This document shows positions 25,811-37,180 of a DNA stretch of 64,000 bases, piece after piece. Under the pieces are notes generated by a model, which saw only the letters and a program-made list of their open reading frames with translations, had not been told where the DNA came from and ran no database searches. A program made the translations under genes and the position numbers. The stretch comes from Squalus acanthias (Eukaryota): the NCBI GenBank assembly GCA_030390025.1, contig CM059435.1, forward strand, positions 14,570,001 to 14,634,000, written 5' to 3'. Within the stretch, counting starts at the first letter, position 1. Each line of letters opens with the position of its first letter.

Positions 25811-28800
25811 CTTAAAAAATACACTGACCAAACACAGGACCCTTACAACCAGCAAATGAAAAGGATTCCACACCACCAATCTGGGCTAAATTTTAACCCA
25901 CGTCTAAGAGTCAAAAGCCAGTGTCTAATGGTGCTTTTCCACTACAACTGTTGCATCACTGGTACAGTTATAATGTAAATGCAGCCTGAATCCACAACAA
26001 GGAACAATTACAATCCCTGGAGGAGGTCGTCTCGATCCACTTTGGGAAATCAGCTTGGGCATCAACACCCAATTACTATTCACAAGTTTAATGTTACTGT
26101 GAAGTTGAAACAGTTCCACACTGATAAACTTTGCCTCCAATGCACCTGGGGAGCACTCAGTTCCCAAGTGCAAAAATGAGGAAATGTTGCCCCAGGACTT
26201 GAGGCTTCTATCCCATTTGGGACAACAGCTAGAGGGCCATAGCCGACAGCTATTACCACTCAAGTCTGCTTTCGGTTTCCAACGAGACAAGAGAAAATGA
26301 ATGAATAGCAGAACTTGTAATGAAGTTGAATCTATTTAAAAAATGTAATTTAATTTTCAAGAAGCAATTTTAAGATGCATTTGTTATGTACTCAATACGT
26401 GATAAGATGGTGGGGGGTGGGCAGTTACAGGCAAGATGACCACTACCACATTCCCAATGGAGAGTCCTTTCCAACTCTACAAATTAGTTGGAGGGTTAGG
26501 AACAACTATGATTACATGTAAAAGAAAGACTTGAATTTACATAGCTCCTTTCACAACCTCAGGACGTCCCAAAACGCTTTACAGCCAATGAAGTACTTCT
26601 GAAGTGTAGTCACTGTTGTAATGTAAGAAACGAATAGAAGAGTACAGCACAATTCACAGTCCCAAGAAACAGGTGAGCAAAACATGATTTTCCCCACCCA
26701 TGCAATAGGGTAAAGCAAGAGACAAAATGTTCAAAGATATGGGGTAGCATCACTTTACCAGGATGTCAGAATATTAGTTCTATCCTGTATTGCACTATTG
26801 ATCTTGGTTAGTGATATACAGGCAGAAAGAACTCAGTAAAAACACATGGATGATCATTCAAAAAGTGTCTTTAAAATCGGAGGTATGGGACTTCTCATCT
26901 CGTGAGGTCGCTTTATAAAATCTTAGTGATATTCAAGAAGTATTACAAACCACAGAATAAACAGATTAAAAACTAGAATATATTACCTTTTGTTCTTTTT
27001 CCTTAAAATATTTCAGTGAAAGAGCACTTTATTATTTTATATCTGCTCATTTCCCCCCAACCCTACACCCAATACACAATTTTATTGTTGGCACTTACAA
27101 CCAGTTGAATTCCGATAAACAGCACTTCCAGTCTGTCGCAAAAATATTTGGGAGTTCTGGATTGCGAAGTGTTCATCAACACTGGGCACCATCCATAACG
27201 TTTTACTCCAAATTGTAGCTGGATTCCTAGCCATTATTAAATTGTACGCACCAACAGAAACTTAATTGCATCATTAGGGTAGACGATAGTTGTAAATGTA
27301 CTTCTCTAGGACAAGTAATGGGCATTTTCACAAACCAAGTGGTGTATCCTGGTAGGGTTTCATAGTTTAGAATTTAACACACTGTTGCAATTATGTATCA
27401 ATAGCAGGGTTTTTTCCTCTCTGATAATGTCACTTGCACTTATATAGCACCTTATCATATTGAACAATCGCAAATTGCTTCCCACAAATCATTATTTTTC
27501 TTGAAGTGCACTGACCATTGTTATGGCACCTTCTCTGCTTGTCAGTCTCTTAAATTCATGAAATTTGGACGATTAACTTAACAGACATGTGAAACAAAAT
27601 CTTGTTTTTTGTAAGCAACATCTGCAGATCAAGAACTTAATGTAACCATTACAATAAGGATGTTGTGCTCCTGTGTAGATGTAAGCGCACGATGTACTTG
27701 CTTGTACACTAAGAGTTCTAAGTGTCTATATCCCATCTATATGACCCCATGATGATCTAATGTTGCAGGGGCAGTTGCTCCAGTGTTTCCAGTCTCTAAA
27801 TTTGCCCAGCAGTACAAACGGGGCAAATTAAAAATACAGAAATTCAGTTTCACAGTATTAATGGGATATCAGGTGCACCTTACTGCTTCTCTTCCTCCTT
27901 CATATGGGACCACAGAATGGTCTGAGCCTAGGAATACAAAGCTCACCTTATGCTAATTAAAGATGAAGTCCAAGACATAAAATAGACAATGGCCACTGCC
28001 TGGGTCACTCCATTAACTGTTTTAAGGACTATAGTGGCAATATTATTAATTAATGCAGTCTTTTGTTTTTGAGATACAGCCTTGTTCTGACCCAAAATAA
28101 CTTGAAGCATAATAGAATTATTTGAATACTTTATGGGAAAAATAGATACCCAATAAAAATAAAATGGCATCACATTCGGTTAATCAAGCACCTTACACAA
28201 AGCACCTTCTGTACAAAAACTTGAAAGTTAGTGATGCTTTGACAATAGTAGATTACTGTACTATTTAAAAAAAAACACTCTTTCCCCTTTCCCAAAAGGT
28301 TTTTGAAGCCTCAACCCCTAGATCTCAGGTGCACAGGACAGAAAGAAGCGTTCAGTACTAGTCAGAAAGTCTCATTCAAGGGAAATTGAAATGTTACAAT
28401 GATTCAGTAACATTTCTTTTTTGGGGGTGGGAAGGGGGTAGTAGTTTGATGATGGGATGCTGTTGGGGACTTTTACCATACATCGACCCTCTGTTATACT
28501 GAGCTGGTGAGTTCCGGATGCAAACAGTGGCGAATGTCTGTTACCAACCAATTATCTCCCTCACAAATTTTCTTTGTAAAGTAAAATTTACTAGTAAAAT
28601 ATATCATAATAAATTGGCAGCTTCCCAAAATGGACCCCTAATCCAACCTTAAAAACCCTCTTGTTTTACTCCAATTAGAAAAATCCTATTCATTGGACAA
28701 ATACGACCTCAGACTCATTTAAATAATAAAGACCAAAATTTATCAACCTTACATGGGGGGGCGGGGGGCGATAATCAACAGAGAGAAATTAAATAAATTG

Positions 28801-29869
28801 CTTTTAGCCATTTGGCTAATGGTAGCTTAAATCATTTAGTAGTTTTTGCAGCTGAGGACAACTCTTGGATTTTTTTAATGCACATCAGCCCTATCCCACA
28901 TGTTCAACCCCAATTTCGCTGAAGCAGCACTTCTCCATGCAGTTTTCTTTACACTGTCAGCTATTTACACAGCTAAGCAGATTAAATATTTGCTCAACAA
29001 GACCTACAATGGCCCTATGCAAAGCTCAAACACTAACAAAATAACTACACATATCCAACATCAGCGTGCATCTCATTACCTGATCTAAAACAAGGTAACG
29101 GGTTCCATGATCTCTGTTTTCAGGATCTTTGACTGCAAAGTGAAATTCAATTCCCGTGTACGGCGCAGCACTCAGCCTCATTAGATACCTTCATCTTTTA
29201 CAAAAGTTCTGCCCTCCTATAAAAATTAACTAATTGAAATTGTATTTTATCTGCACCAGTGGAGTGAGATGTGCTGTATAGTAAAAGAATGTTCAAATCT
29301 TTATTCCAAAAATCTTGTCTGCATATTTCAAATGAATCTCTCATTATATAAGTTTGCATCTTAATAGTTTAAGTTCAATATATAATATGTACAAATCCAC
29401 CAAATTAATTAGTATTGTACATTTTGGTTGGGGAAAAATAATAAAAATAAGGTGGGCAAGTGATCCAAGTTCTTGCTACTTAACAGTCAGTCATGAAGCA
29501 ACATTAACTGCAGCCTAAGGGCACCTCCCCACCCCTTCTGCCAAGAAACTGTGAAGGGAGGGGGAAAAAATGCATAATGCCCGTGGGTACAGGATGTGAG
29601 GACTATATCCTGGGTACCTACAACTTTAGTCAAAAGTAAACCGTAATCAGATTAACTGAAATATAACCTGTTAAACTGCATGGATTCTGAACCAGAGACT
29701 TCAATTTAAACTGATATAAAAATATCCTAAATTTAAGAAACTATGCCCTTCCCTCCAAAAATATAGATTTACCTTAGTTTATGGTAAGTTTTTCCATCTA
29801 CTAAAAGCTCTTCAACAGAAACTGCCAATTTGGATGGAAGAGGAAAAGCAGCTCAGACAAAGCAAACGA

Positions 29870-30100
29870 TTGCAAACTAGATGTTAAGATCTGGAATGCA
29901 CTGCCTGAAAGGGTGGTGAAAGCAGATTCAATAGTAATTTTCAAAAAAGGGAACTGGATATATACTTGAAAAAGGAAACATTTGCAGGGCTATGGGGAAG
30001 AGCAGGGGAGTGGACTAAGTGGATTGCTCTTTCAAAGATCTGGCACAGGCACAATGGGCCGAATGGCCTCATTCTGTGCTGTACAATTCTATGATTCTAG
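29870..30100 (+). mobile_element. CR1 3' end
   Basis: TGGAATGCACTGCCTGAAAGGGTGGTG..GGGCCGAATGGCCTC..TTCTATGATTCTA tail; similar tail at ~14435-14545. Confidence 0.8.
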
Positions 30101-33100
30101 ATATTTTGGAACCAATAAACCTGGTCATTTCAGAAAACTGAGCAGCTCATTTTTAGGTTAAAAAGACAAATATACTTAATGCTATCTTATCATATTCACA
30201 TAACCAACAAAGCATAGTAGCCCCACAAGACACACAACACTGCTTCACTGAAACAAAACACACTTTTGTTGTACATTTTTAAACCCTACTGTGTATACGT
30301 TACATAATGTTCAAATTGTGCAGCGACTTGTAAACAGATTTGTGCATGTGCAGGGAGCAGGTATACTGTGCTCTTTCTCTTCAAACTACAAAATTGTTAT
30401 AAATAGCATTACAAGTAATCGTGGACAACTAATATGTCGAATGCAATGCAGCACACATACACAGCGTATACCGCAAACAGATTATTTTTCATGTATGTAC
30501 ATTATATGACAGATTCATTGTTCAGTAAAACAAATCCCTTACTGTACCGGCTGTAGCACGCTGCAGAAATTCAGATACACTTGTGCATAATCTGTTATGG
30601 AGGACATATTAAGTCAACCATTTCACAGGCTCGCACTTATTTTTAAATGCCAGGAACAGTACATAAGTGTGAAGCAACCCAAGGAAGGAAACAGGAGAAA
30701 ATAGTTTACAAAATGGGGGCTGAGATGAGAAAGGTGCAGAATTAATGTTCACCAACTGCTCATTTAGCTTTAATAGCCACAAAAATTGTAATTTTTTAAT
30801 GTTAAAATGGCTACAATGATATTAAAATGTACTAAATACTGCTTATTTCACAATATTCTGCCAAATTAAAATCTGGTTCCATTTTGGTGGTGAAATGCTA
30901 TTGCATTTCTTAAAGGGTTAAATTAAGTGTTTTGGCATGGCCACTGCCAACTGTACATGAAAAATAAAAGCAATATTCGTCAGTCAGATGCTAAACATTA
31001 AGTTTTAATAACTCAGACAGACCTAGTTGCCATAATAAAAACTTTTATACAGATATAATGGAGCAACACAACATATTCTAGAAAAAAACAAGCCCGTCAA
31101 TGCTGTATTGTTATTTAAAAGTCTCTTTTGTTTTGCAAACTGTAAAATTGTGCCTAGAACCCATCCCACAAGACGTCAATATTCATCGATGTGATCTTAT
31201 AAATAGAACACACTTGTACAAATTTGTAAAAAAAAAGGTCAGAGCCTATCAAAAATATTTTTCCAGCACCCACGTGGCTGCAGATACTGTAACCCAGCTA
31301 GCTCTTCTGAACTACCTCTGATAGTAACTGCAGTCAAACTAAACATTACGCGAGGTCATCTAGTGCTGTTGCTATAACAACATCCTTGGCTGTTCCAGAC
31401 TGACGCAAGAATTGTGTCGAAGTTGCAGTCAGCCGGTGGCTTGACCCAGAGTCTTTAACAACATCTGGGGGGATAGGGAAAAAAACTGACCACCGCCTCC
31501 TTAACCTGCACACAAAAATGTACAGCCGTTCCCAAACAAAAACACAGTCGGGCTAGAGGAAGAACTCCTTCTGCAAAGTGTTTTAGCAGCCACCATTTAA
31601 AAATAAACGCACACTCAGTCTCAGACTACCTACAGTGCCAGTCATGGAAGCGGTTATCAAAAATTGTAATAAAACTGTTTTATAGTTTTGTTCAGACATT
31701 TTAATAGATGCACTACTGACACCTGAAACAAAATCATATTTTCCTCCTGCAAGTATTAAAAAAAATGCCACAGCAAGTGTCCTGTGGAAAGGAAGGCAAG
31801 TTGTTTCAATCAAGGACAGGTAAGTATTGCATTCCAAATTTTGGCACTCCTCGGCACGCATATTTCACAAGCATTCACATCAAGTCCATTAAGTCTAATC
31901 TGATGTCTAAATTGGAATGTTCCTGCCTACCTCCCATTTTGTCCCCTCACTTCTTGGTATAAAGGACACAGCAAGAGACATTGTGTTCGGTTCAAATCAA
32001 CGCCATCACGAACAGTTATCGTCATCTAAATAGGCTTTTGACCCCCAAGTGTAGAATAGTTCAGTACCTTTTTTTTAAAAAAAAAACTGGCCAAACCAGA
32101 AAAGATGCTTAATGTCAGATGAGGGTTTTAAAGAGACATTGTGCACGGAAATACTGCACACTCCAGAATACCAAAAATTTAGCTCAGCATTTTTATGAAA
32201 AGTAGCTCCAGGCTCTTCGAACAGGCCTGCCAATAATGGCATCCAAACAAGATGTAGATGTCAGACCCACCAGTACGTTAGCAGCTGTCCATCAACAGGG
32301 TCTCAACAGACACACCAATGACAGCAGCTTAAGAGTGCTATCAGCAAACAAGCCAATAGCAGAAGTCCCTCAGCACGCTGTCACCAGACTCGGCGACAGC
32401 ACAGGAGCCTATCCGACTGCTGCCTGCACAGCCACAATTAGAAGCAAGCCATCAAGGAGCTGTCACGTTGAATTATCCTGCTCAACAAACAACGCTGTGC
32501 TCTTCTAATGCACAAGGTGCAGGTATAATCACCGATTTAAAATTAAAACCATTCGGCTACTACGACAACCGCCAGAAATTACAACCGAATCCAATAAATA
32601 ACCGTCACAACCCAATTAGTATTTTTTTTTTTAATTACAAAAAACATGTGGCAACAAATCATACTTGCGACCTTCTGAGCAAATCTTCCAAAAATAACAT
32701 GCAAGTAATGTATGTGTTTTAGGCACATGTGCATCATATAGTGCAAAAAAAAAATTCTGTCAGCAAGCACATAACTACATCGGTTTTACGTGGGCTCCAT
32801 ACGTAGTAAAATTCTAAACGTTCAGAATATAACATTCGAGCAAACTTATTCTTAATGATTACTATAGACAATATTTTGGATACTCTTGTTATAGCTGTAA
32901 ATATTCTGCCGATAAAAGCGATTTTCAAACTTTTCTGTGCGAGAGACCACTTACAAATATTGACACACTCTCGTCCTAATCTCTTAGACACGGTCAGCTA
33001 CCCCAAGGAAAAAGTAGCATACAGAAAATAGAAATATCATGCTAGTAAATCAACAAGTAGAGAAATACAGAAATCTGAAGCGATGGACAGAAATTGGATG

Positions 33101-33234
33101 ACCTTGGAGAATCCCTGGGATCCCCTCGGACAGCTTGGGGACTAGAATCCACAGTTTTAAAACCTATGCTCCACAATGATTTACTCCATTGCTGGGGATA
33201 TTTTCAAAAGTGTGCAACTCATCTCTTTCCCTGA

Positions 33235-33610
33235 TTCAGCAATGAGTAAATGGGCCATACGGTGTTGATTAGGAGCACCCCAGGTTCAATTCCTGGTCTA
33301 TTCTGGGTTCTCAGCCAGGGCAGAACTGGCTTCAGCAGCATCAGGGTCAAGATAGTGTGAATAAAAAGAGGATTCTCACTCCTAATTGCTATCTAGCAAC
33401 CTTATTCAAAAAGCACAGGGGCAGATGTGGACACTTTTACCCTCACAGACCAACGCCACCCCTTTCCTCCTTAACAATCACTATCCGAGTGAGTGTCCTG
33501 ACCTGACAAAACAAATAACCATTTGAATATAAAGACGATAAGCCACCAGTACCCCTGGTACCGTACCCAACATGAGTCATTTAATGACAACTAGGGTAAA
33601 GGAAAAAATG
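33235..33610 (+). mobile_element. Old AmnSINE2-like SINE
   Basis: CCCAGGTTCAATTCCTGGTCT..CTCAGCCAGGGCAG..CTCCTAATTGCTATCTAG; related copy at ~42120-42370 (+). Confidence 0.55.
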
Positions 33611-33831
33611 CAGACAAAAGCCTTAAAAAAAATACATCTGCAAATGATACCAACGTTAAGACTTTAAATGCGCACTGGACTGCACAGAAACGTGAAAACT
33701 GCCAGTAAACATGCTACTAAAAATAAAGACATTAGGATAAAGCTGTCCTAGTTACAGCCTCTCAGAGATAAGCCCGAATATACTAATTTGCAAAAAAGCA
33801 TATTCATAAACAACAAAAGCTCCAAGCATAT

Positions 33832-33985
33832 TCAGAAATAAGTTTTTAAATCGTGGCGAAACATTTAATGGGCATGTCCTCCCCCCACACACACATTCCT
33901 TTCACTGTCAGAAATAAGTTTTTAAATTTTAAACATTTAATGGGCAAGTCCTTCCCCCCCCCCCCCCACACACATTCCTTTCACT
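33832..33985. repeat. Tandem duplication of a ~76-bp unit
   Basis: tcagaaataagtttttaaat..aaacatttaatgggca.gtcct(C)n(CA)n ttcctttcact occurs at 33832-33907 and again at 33908-33985. Confidence 0.85.
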
Positions 33986-34139
33986 ATACATTACAGGCAT
34001 GCACAAGGAGCTGGGTGAGGGAGGGAAGATGACAAGACGCAGCATCAATTTTTTTTTTTAAAAAGCAACATAAAATACCATTAAAAAAATTGACAGCACA
34101 ATGAAATCAATCTCTCTGTCCCACAAACTAATGACAAGG

Positions 34140-34900
34140 GACAAAATGCTATGGCGACAGGTTGGTTGATTGACAGGGGCGGCGGCCAATGGGATGGCAG
34201 GAGAGGGGGGAGGGAACCAATGGGCGAGGGGCGCAGTGGGGGGGGCGGGACCAGCGCTGCCAAGTTCGGCCTCAGTAATTAAGTTGTCCCGGACCAAGAT
34301 TTCATGAAGAGAGAGAAGCGCGGAGGCGCCGGTCTGACCCAGGGTTCGGGGAGGCGGCACACCTCCGACGGCCTGGGCGTGTGTAAGTGCGAGGCCCGGC
34401 ATTAACAGGTTAGTTTGAGGGCGCTCGCACGTTAACTTCACTGCGGGACGGAGCTGAAGGCGCGTCGAGAGGGAGAGGAGGGAGGAGGAGGAGGAGAAGG
34501 AGGAGGAGGGGCAAAGGCTTCCCCACAAAGAGGAGGTGGAGAGCCGAGGAGGGGGGTTAAAATAAATAAAACCCTCCTCTCTCAGGCTCACCCACCCGAC
34601 ACCAACCATTCCCGCTTTCAACACCCACTTACCGCGCTGGCTGTTACTCGGAGGAACATTCCAGTATCCTGACCTTCGTTTGCCTAAATAAGCCGAGTAA
34701 AAGCGCCGCCATGTTGCTCCTTGTTTATTTAAATCTCGAACACTCCCAGGGAGGGCGGGGGGGGAGGAGGGGTGCTCACTGCGCATGCTCGCCCGAGGCC
34801 CCCGCCTGGCCTGCTGGGAGTTGTAGTCCGGCTGGCGGGGCATCAGGTGTGCAGGTGACCCCAAACAACAACACATTTGAGTGGGCACCGCAGGGAACTG
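34140..34900. promoter_or_regulatory. CpG-island promoter of a minus-strand gene
   Basis: GC/CpG-rich block in an AT-rich window. ZNF143 motif GGACTACAACTCCCAGCAGGC (34809-34829, minus), NRF1-like TGCGCATGCTC (34780-34790), GC box ~34753-34762, YY1-like AACATGGCGGC at ~34705-34715. Confidence 0.88.
34633..34760 (-). other. NCOA3: Non-coding first exon, probably NCOA3; start site approximate; followed by a long intron running to the window start
   Basis: Strong donor GCG|GTAAGT at 34633/34632. GAGT..GATTTAAA..GAG..AA.ATGGCGGCG resembles the human NCOA3 exon 1 as I recall it. Same-strand position downstream of a TRAM gene parallels the TRAM1-NCOA2 arrangement. No coding exon is in the window, so identity is inference. 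Confidence 0.55.
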
Positions 34901-34901
34901 G

Positions 34902-35030
34902 AGTGCAAAATACTGCAGATGCTGGAAATCCGAAATAACAACAGAAAACGCTGGAAAAACTCAGCAGGCGAGGCAGCATCCGTGGAGAGAGAAACAGAGT
35001 TAACGTTTCAGGTCGAAGACCTTTCATCAG
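34902..35030 (-). mobile_element. Penelope-type terminal repeat with a hammerhead-like core
   Basis: Same family as 22831-23053; minus strand reads CTGATGA-A-AGGTC-TTC-GACCT-GAAA-CGTT-AACT. Confidence 0.75.
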
Positions 35031-35134
35031 ATTTTAATTTCATTTGTTAAGTTTCATTTAATGTATTCTTGTTAAGTTACAGTTTATTCGTTTATTGATC
35101 GCACCAAAAGAGTACAACAAATTTGATCAAAGTT

Positions 35135-35500
35135 TTCAAGATATTAAGTGGGACCAGATTGGGGTAGATAGAGAGAAACTATTTCTGCTGGTTGGGGATT
35201 CTAGGACTAGAGGGGTACATAGGCTAAAAAAAATTAGAGCCAGACCTTCCAGGAGTGAAATTAGGAAACACTTCTGCACACAAAGGGTGGCAGAAGTTTG
35301 GAACTCTCTACCGCAAGAGGCAATTGATGCTCGATCAATTGTTAATTTTAAATCGGAGATTGATAGCTTTCTGTTAACCAAAGGTATTAAGGGCTATGGG
35401 CCAAAAGCGGTTAGATGGAGTTGGGTCGCAGATCAGCCTTGATCTCATTGAATGGCGGAACAGGCTCGAGGGGCTGAATGGCCTCCTCCTGGTCCTGTGT
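35135..35500 (+). mobile_element. CR1 3' fragment
   Basis: VDREKLFLLVGDSRTRG..RKHFCTQRVAEVWNSLPQ followed by a CR1 3' UTR. Confidence 0.85.
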
Positions 35501-36305
35501 TCACAACCACCGGACGTCCCAAAGCGCTTTACAGCCAATTAAGTACTTTTTTTTTTTGAAGTGTAGTCACTGTTGTAATGTAGGAAACGTGACAGTCAAT
35601 TTGCGCACAGTAAGCTCTCACAAACAGCAATGTGATAACGACCAGATTTTTTTAGTGATGTTGATTGAGTTAATAAATATTGCCCAGGTCACTGCGGATA
35701 ACTCCCCCTGCTCTTCTTCGAAATAGTGCCATGGGTTCTTTTACGTAATAGGGGAGTCTACAACAAGGGGGCACAACCATAAAATTAGGTCTGACGAAAG
35801 GTCATCAACCTGAAACGCTAACTCTGTTTCTTTCTCCACAGATGCTTCCTGACCTGCTAAGTATTTCCAGTATTTTCTGTTTTTTATTTTATACCATAAA
35901 ATTAGAGCTAGGTTGTTCAGGAGTGATGTCAGGAAGCGCTTCTTCACACAAGGGATAGTAGAAATCTGGAACTCTCTCCCAAAAAGCTGTTGAGGCTTGG
36001 TCAGTTGAAAATGTCAAAACTGAGATTGATAGAATTTTGTTAGGCAAGGCTACTAAGTGTTAAGGAGTCAAGGCAGTAGATGGAGTTAGGATATAGATCG
36101 GCTGTGATCTAATTGAATGGTGCAACAGGCTCAAGGGCCTACTCCGAGAGAGCAGACGTGGCCTCGGTTTAACATCTCATCTGAAAGACAGCACCTACGA
36201 CAATGCAGCCTAGATTTTTGTGTTCGAGTCTCTGGAGTGGGACTTGAACTCACAACCTTCTGACTCAGAGGCAAGGGTGCTACCAACTGAGCCACTGGCT
36301 GACAC
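35501..36305 (-). mobile_element. Deu-domain SINE interrupted by a CR1 fragment (~35746-36143, +), which in turn contains a Penelope-type repeat (35789-35892, +)
   Basis: SINE body stops at ..TTTTACGT and resumes at GAGAGAGCAGAC; the inner insert is flanked by accataaaattag at 35776-35788 and 35893-35905. Confidence 0.82.
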
Positions 36306-36429
36306 TCCCACGGAGGGAGGGGGGAAGGGGGATCTCACGTTCAGTACTTGGGTGATGGAGGGAGGTGGGGTGACTGCAGTAAGGGAAAAATATAATGTGC
36401 ATGGCGTTAATTGCAAGGCTGCATTCCTG

Positions 36430-36560
36430 TGCAAGGCAAAATAAAACTGCAAATCTGTAATAAGAAAGGGAAATGCTTGAAATGTGCGACAGGTCAGCCA
36501 GCATCTATATTCGAGAAAAGGCAGGTTATGACATTTTAGTTGTGTACCCTTCATCAGAAT
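36430..36560 (-). mobile_element. Older Penelope-type terminal repeat (second subfamily; another piece at ~57221-57298)
   Basis: Both copies share ggcaggttatgacatt and resemble the younger copies; decayed CTGATGA-AGGGT core. Confidence 0.55.
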
Positions 36561-36719
36561 TCAATTATTTGGGTACATGGAAGTTTTAAGTGTAGATAAC
36601 TAGGTGCATTCAATGTAAAAATTGAGTATTGAATCTGCAACAGCTCTGTGTTGGTGTTTATAATCCATTCAATCCTCCTCCCACTCTGCCCCCATATCTC
36701 TATTCCCTTCTCCTGCATT

Positions 36720-37180
36720 TATGGACGGCATTTATTTAAAGGAGTCAGGTATATTCAGTGCGAAGCATTAGATATACAATGAATTGTGGGCAGGGAATTA
36801 GGACAATGATATCAGGTATTCCAGGCACTCAATGCAGTGACAGTACATAAGGTATACAGGTGGCATTCGGGACATTGCCACTGGATGGTATGTAGAGCAT
36901 TCAGCATAGGGAATTGGGTATAGAGAGAGCATTCAGTACATAGAATCAGATACACAGTGCAGTAACAGGATATACTGGAAATATGGTATAGAGAATCAGG
37001 ACAATGCCATCAGTTATCTGTAGTATTTAGTGCAGGGAATAAGCATAGTGCCTTCATATATATGAGACAGTGGCATAAATTCTACAAATCATTCAGTGCA
37101 GGTATACAGGTGGCATTCAGGTCATTGTGTATACAGGGTATTCAGTACAGCAGTAGTGCCATCATGTAAACAGGTCAACC
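36720..37180. repeat. Degenerate minisatellite-like array
   Basis: Recurrent CATTCAGT(A/G)CA, GGGAATT and GGTATACAGG units with irregular spacing. Confidence 0.6.

Noticed and set aside
28585-28600. 16-bp AT-rich palindrome and many T-run/A-run palindromes
   Set aside because: Low complexity and common in AT-rich DNA.
34058-34888. 276-aa minus-strand ORF over the CpG island
   Set aside because: Low-complexity, stop-poor GC sequence that crosses promoter motifs and a splice donor; no recognisable domain.
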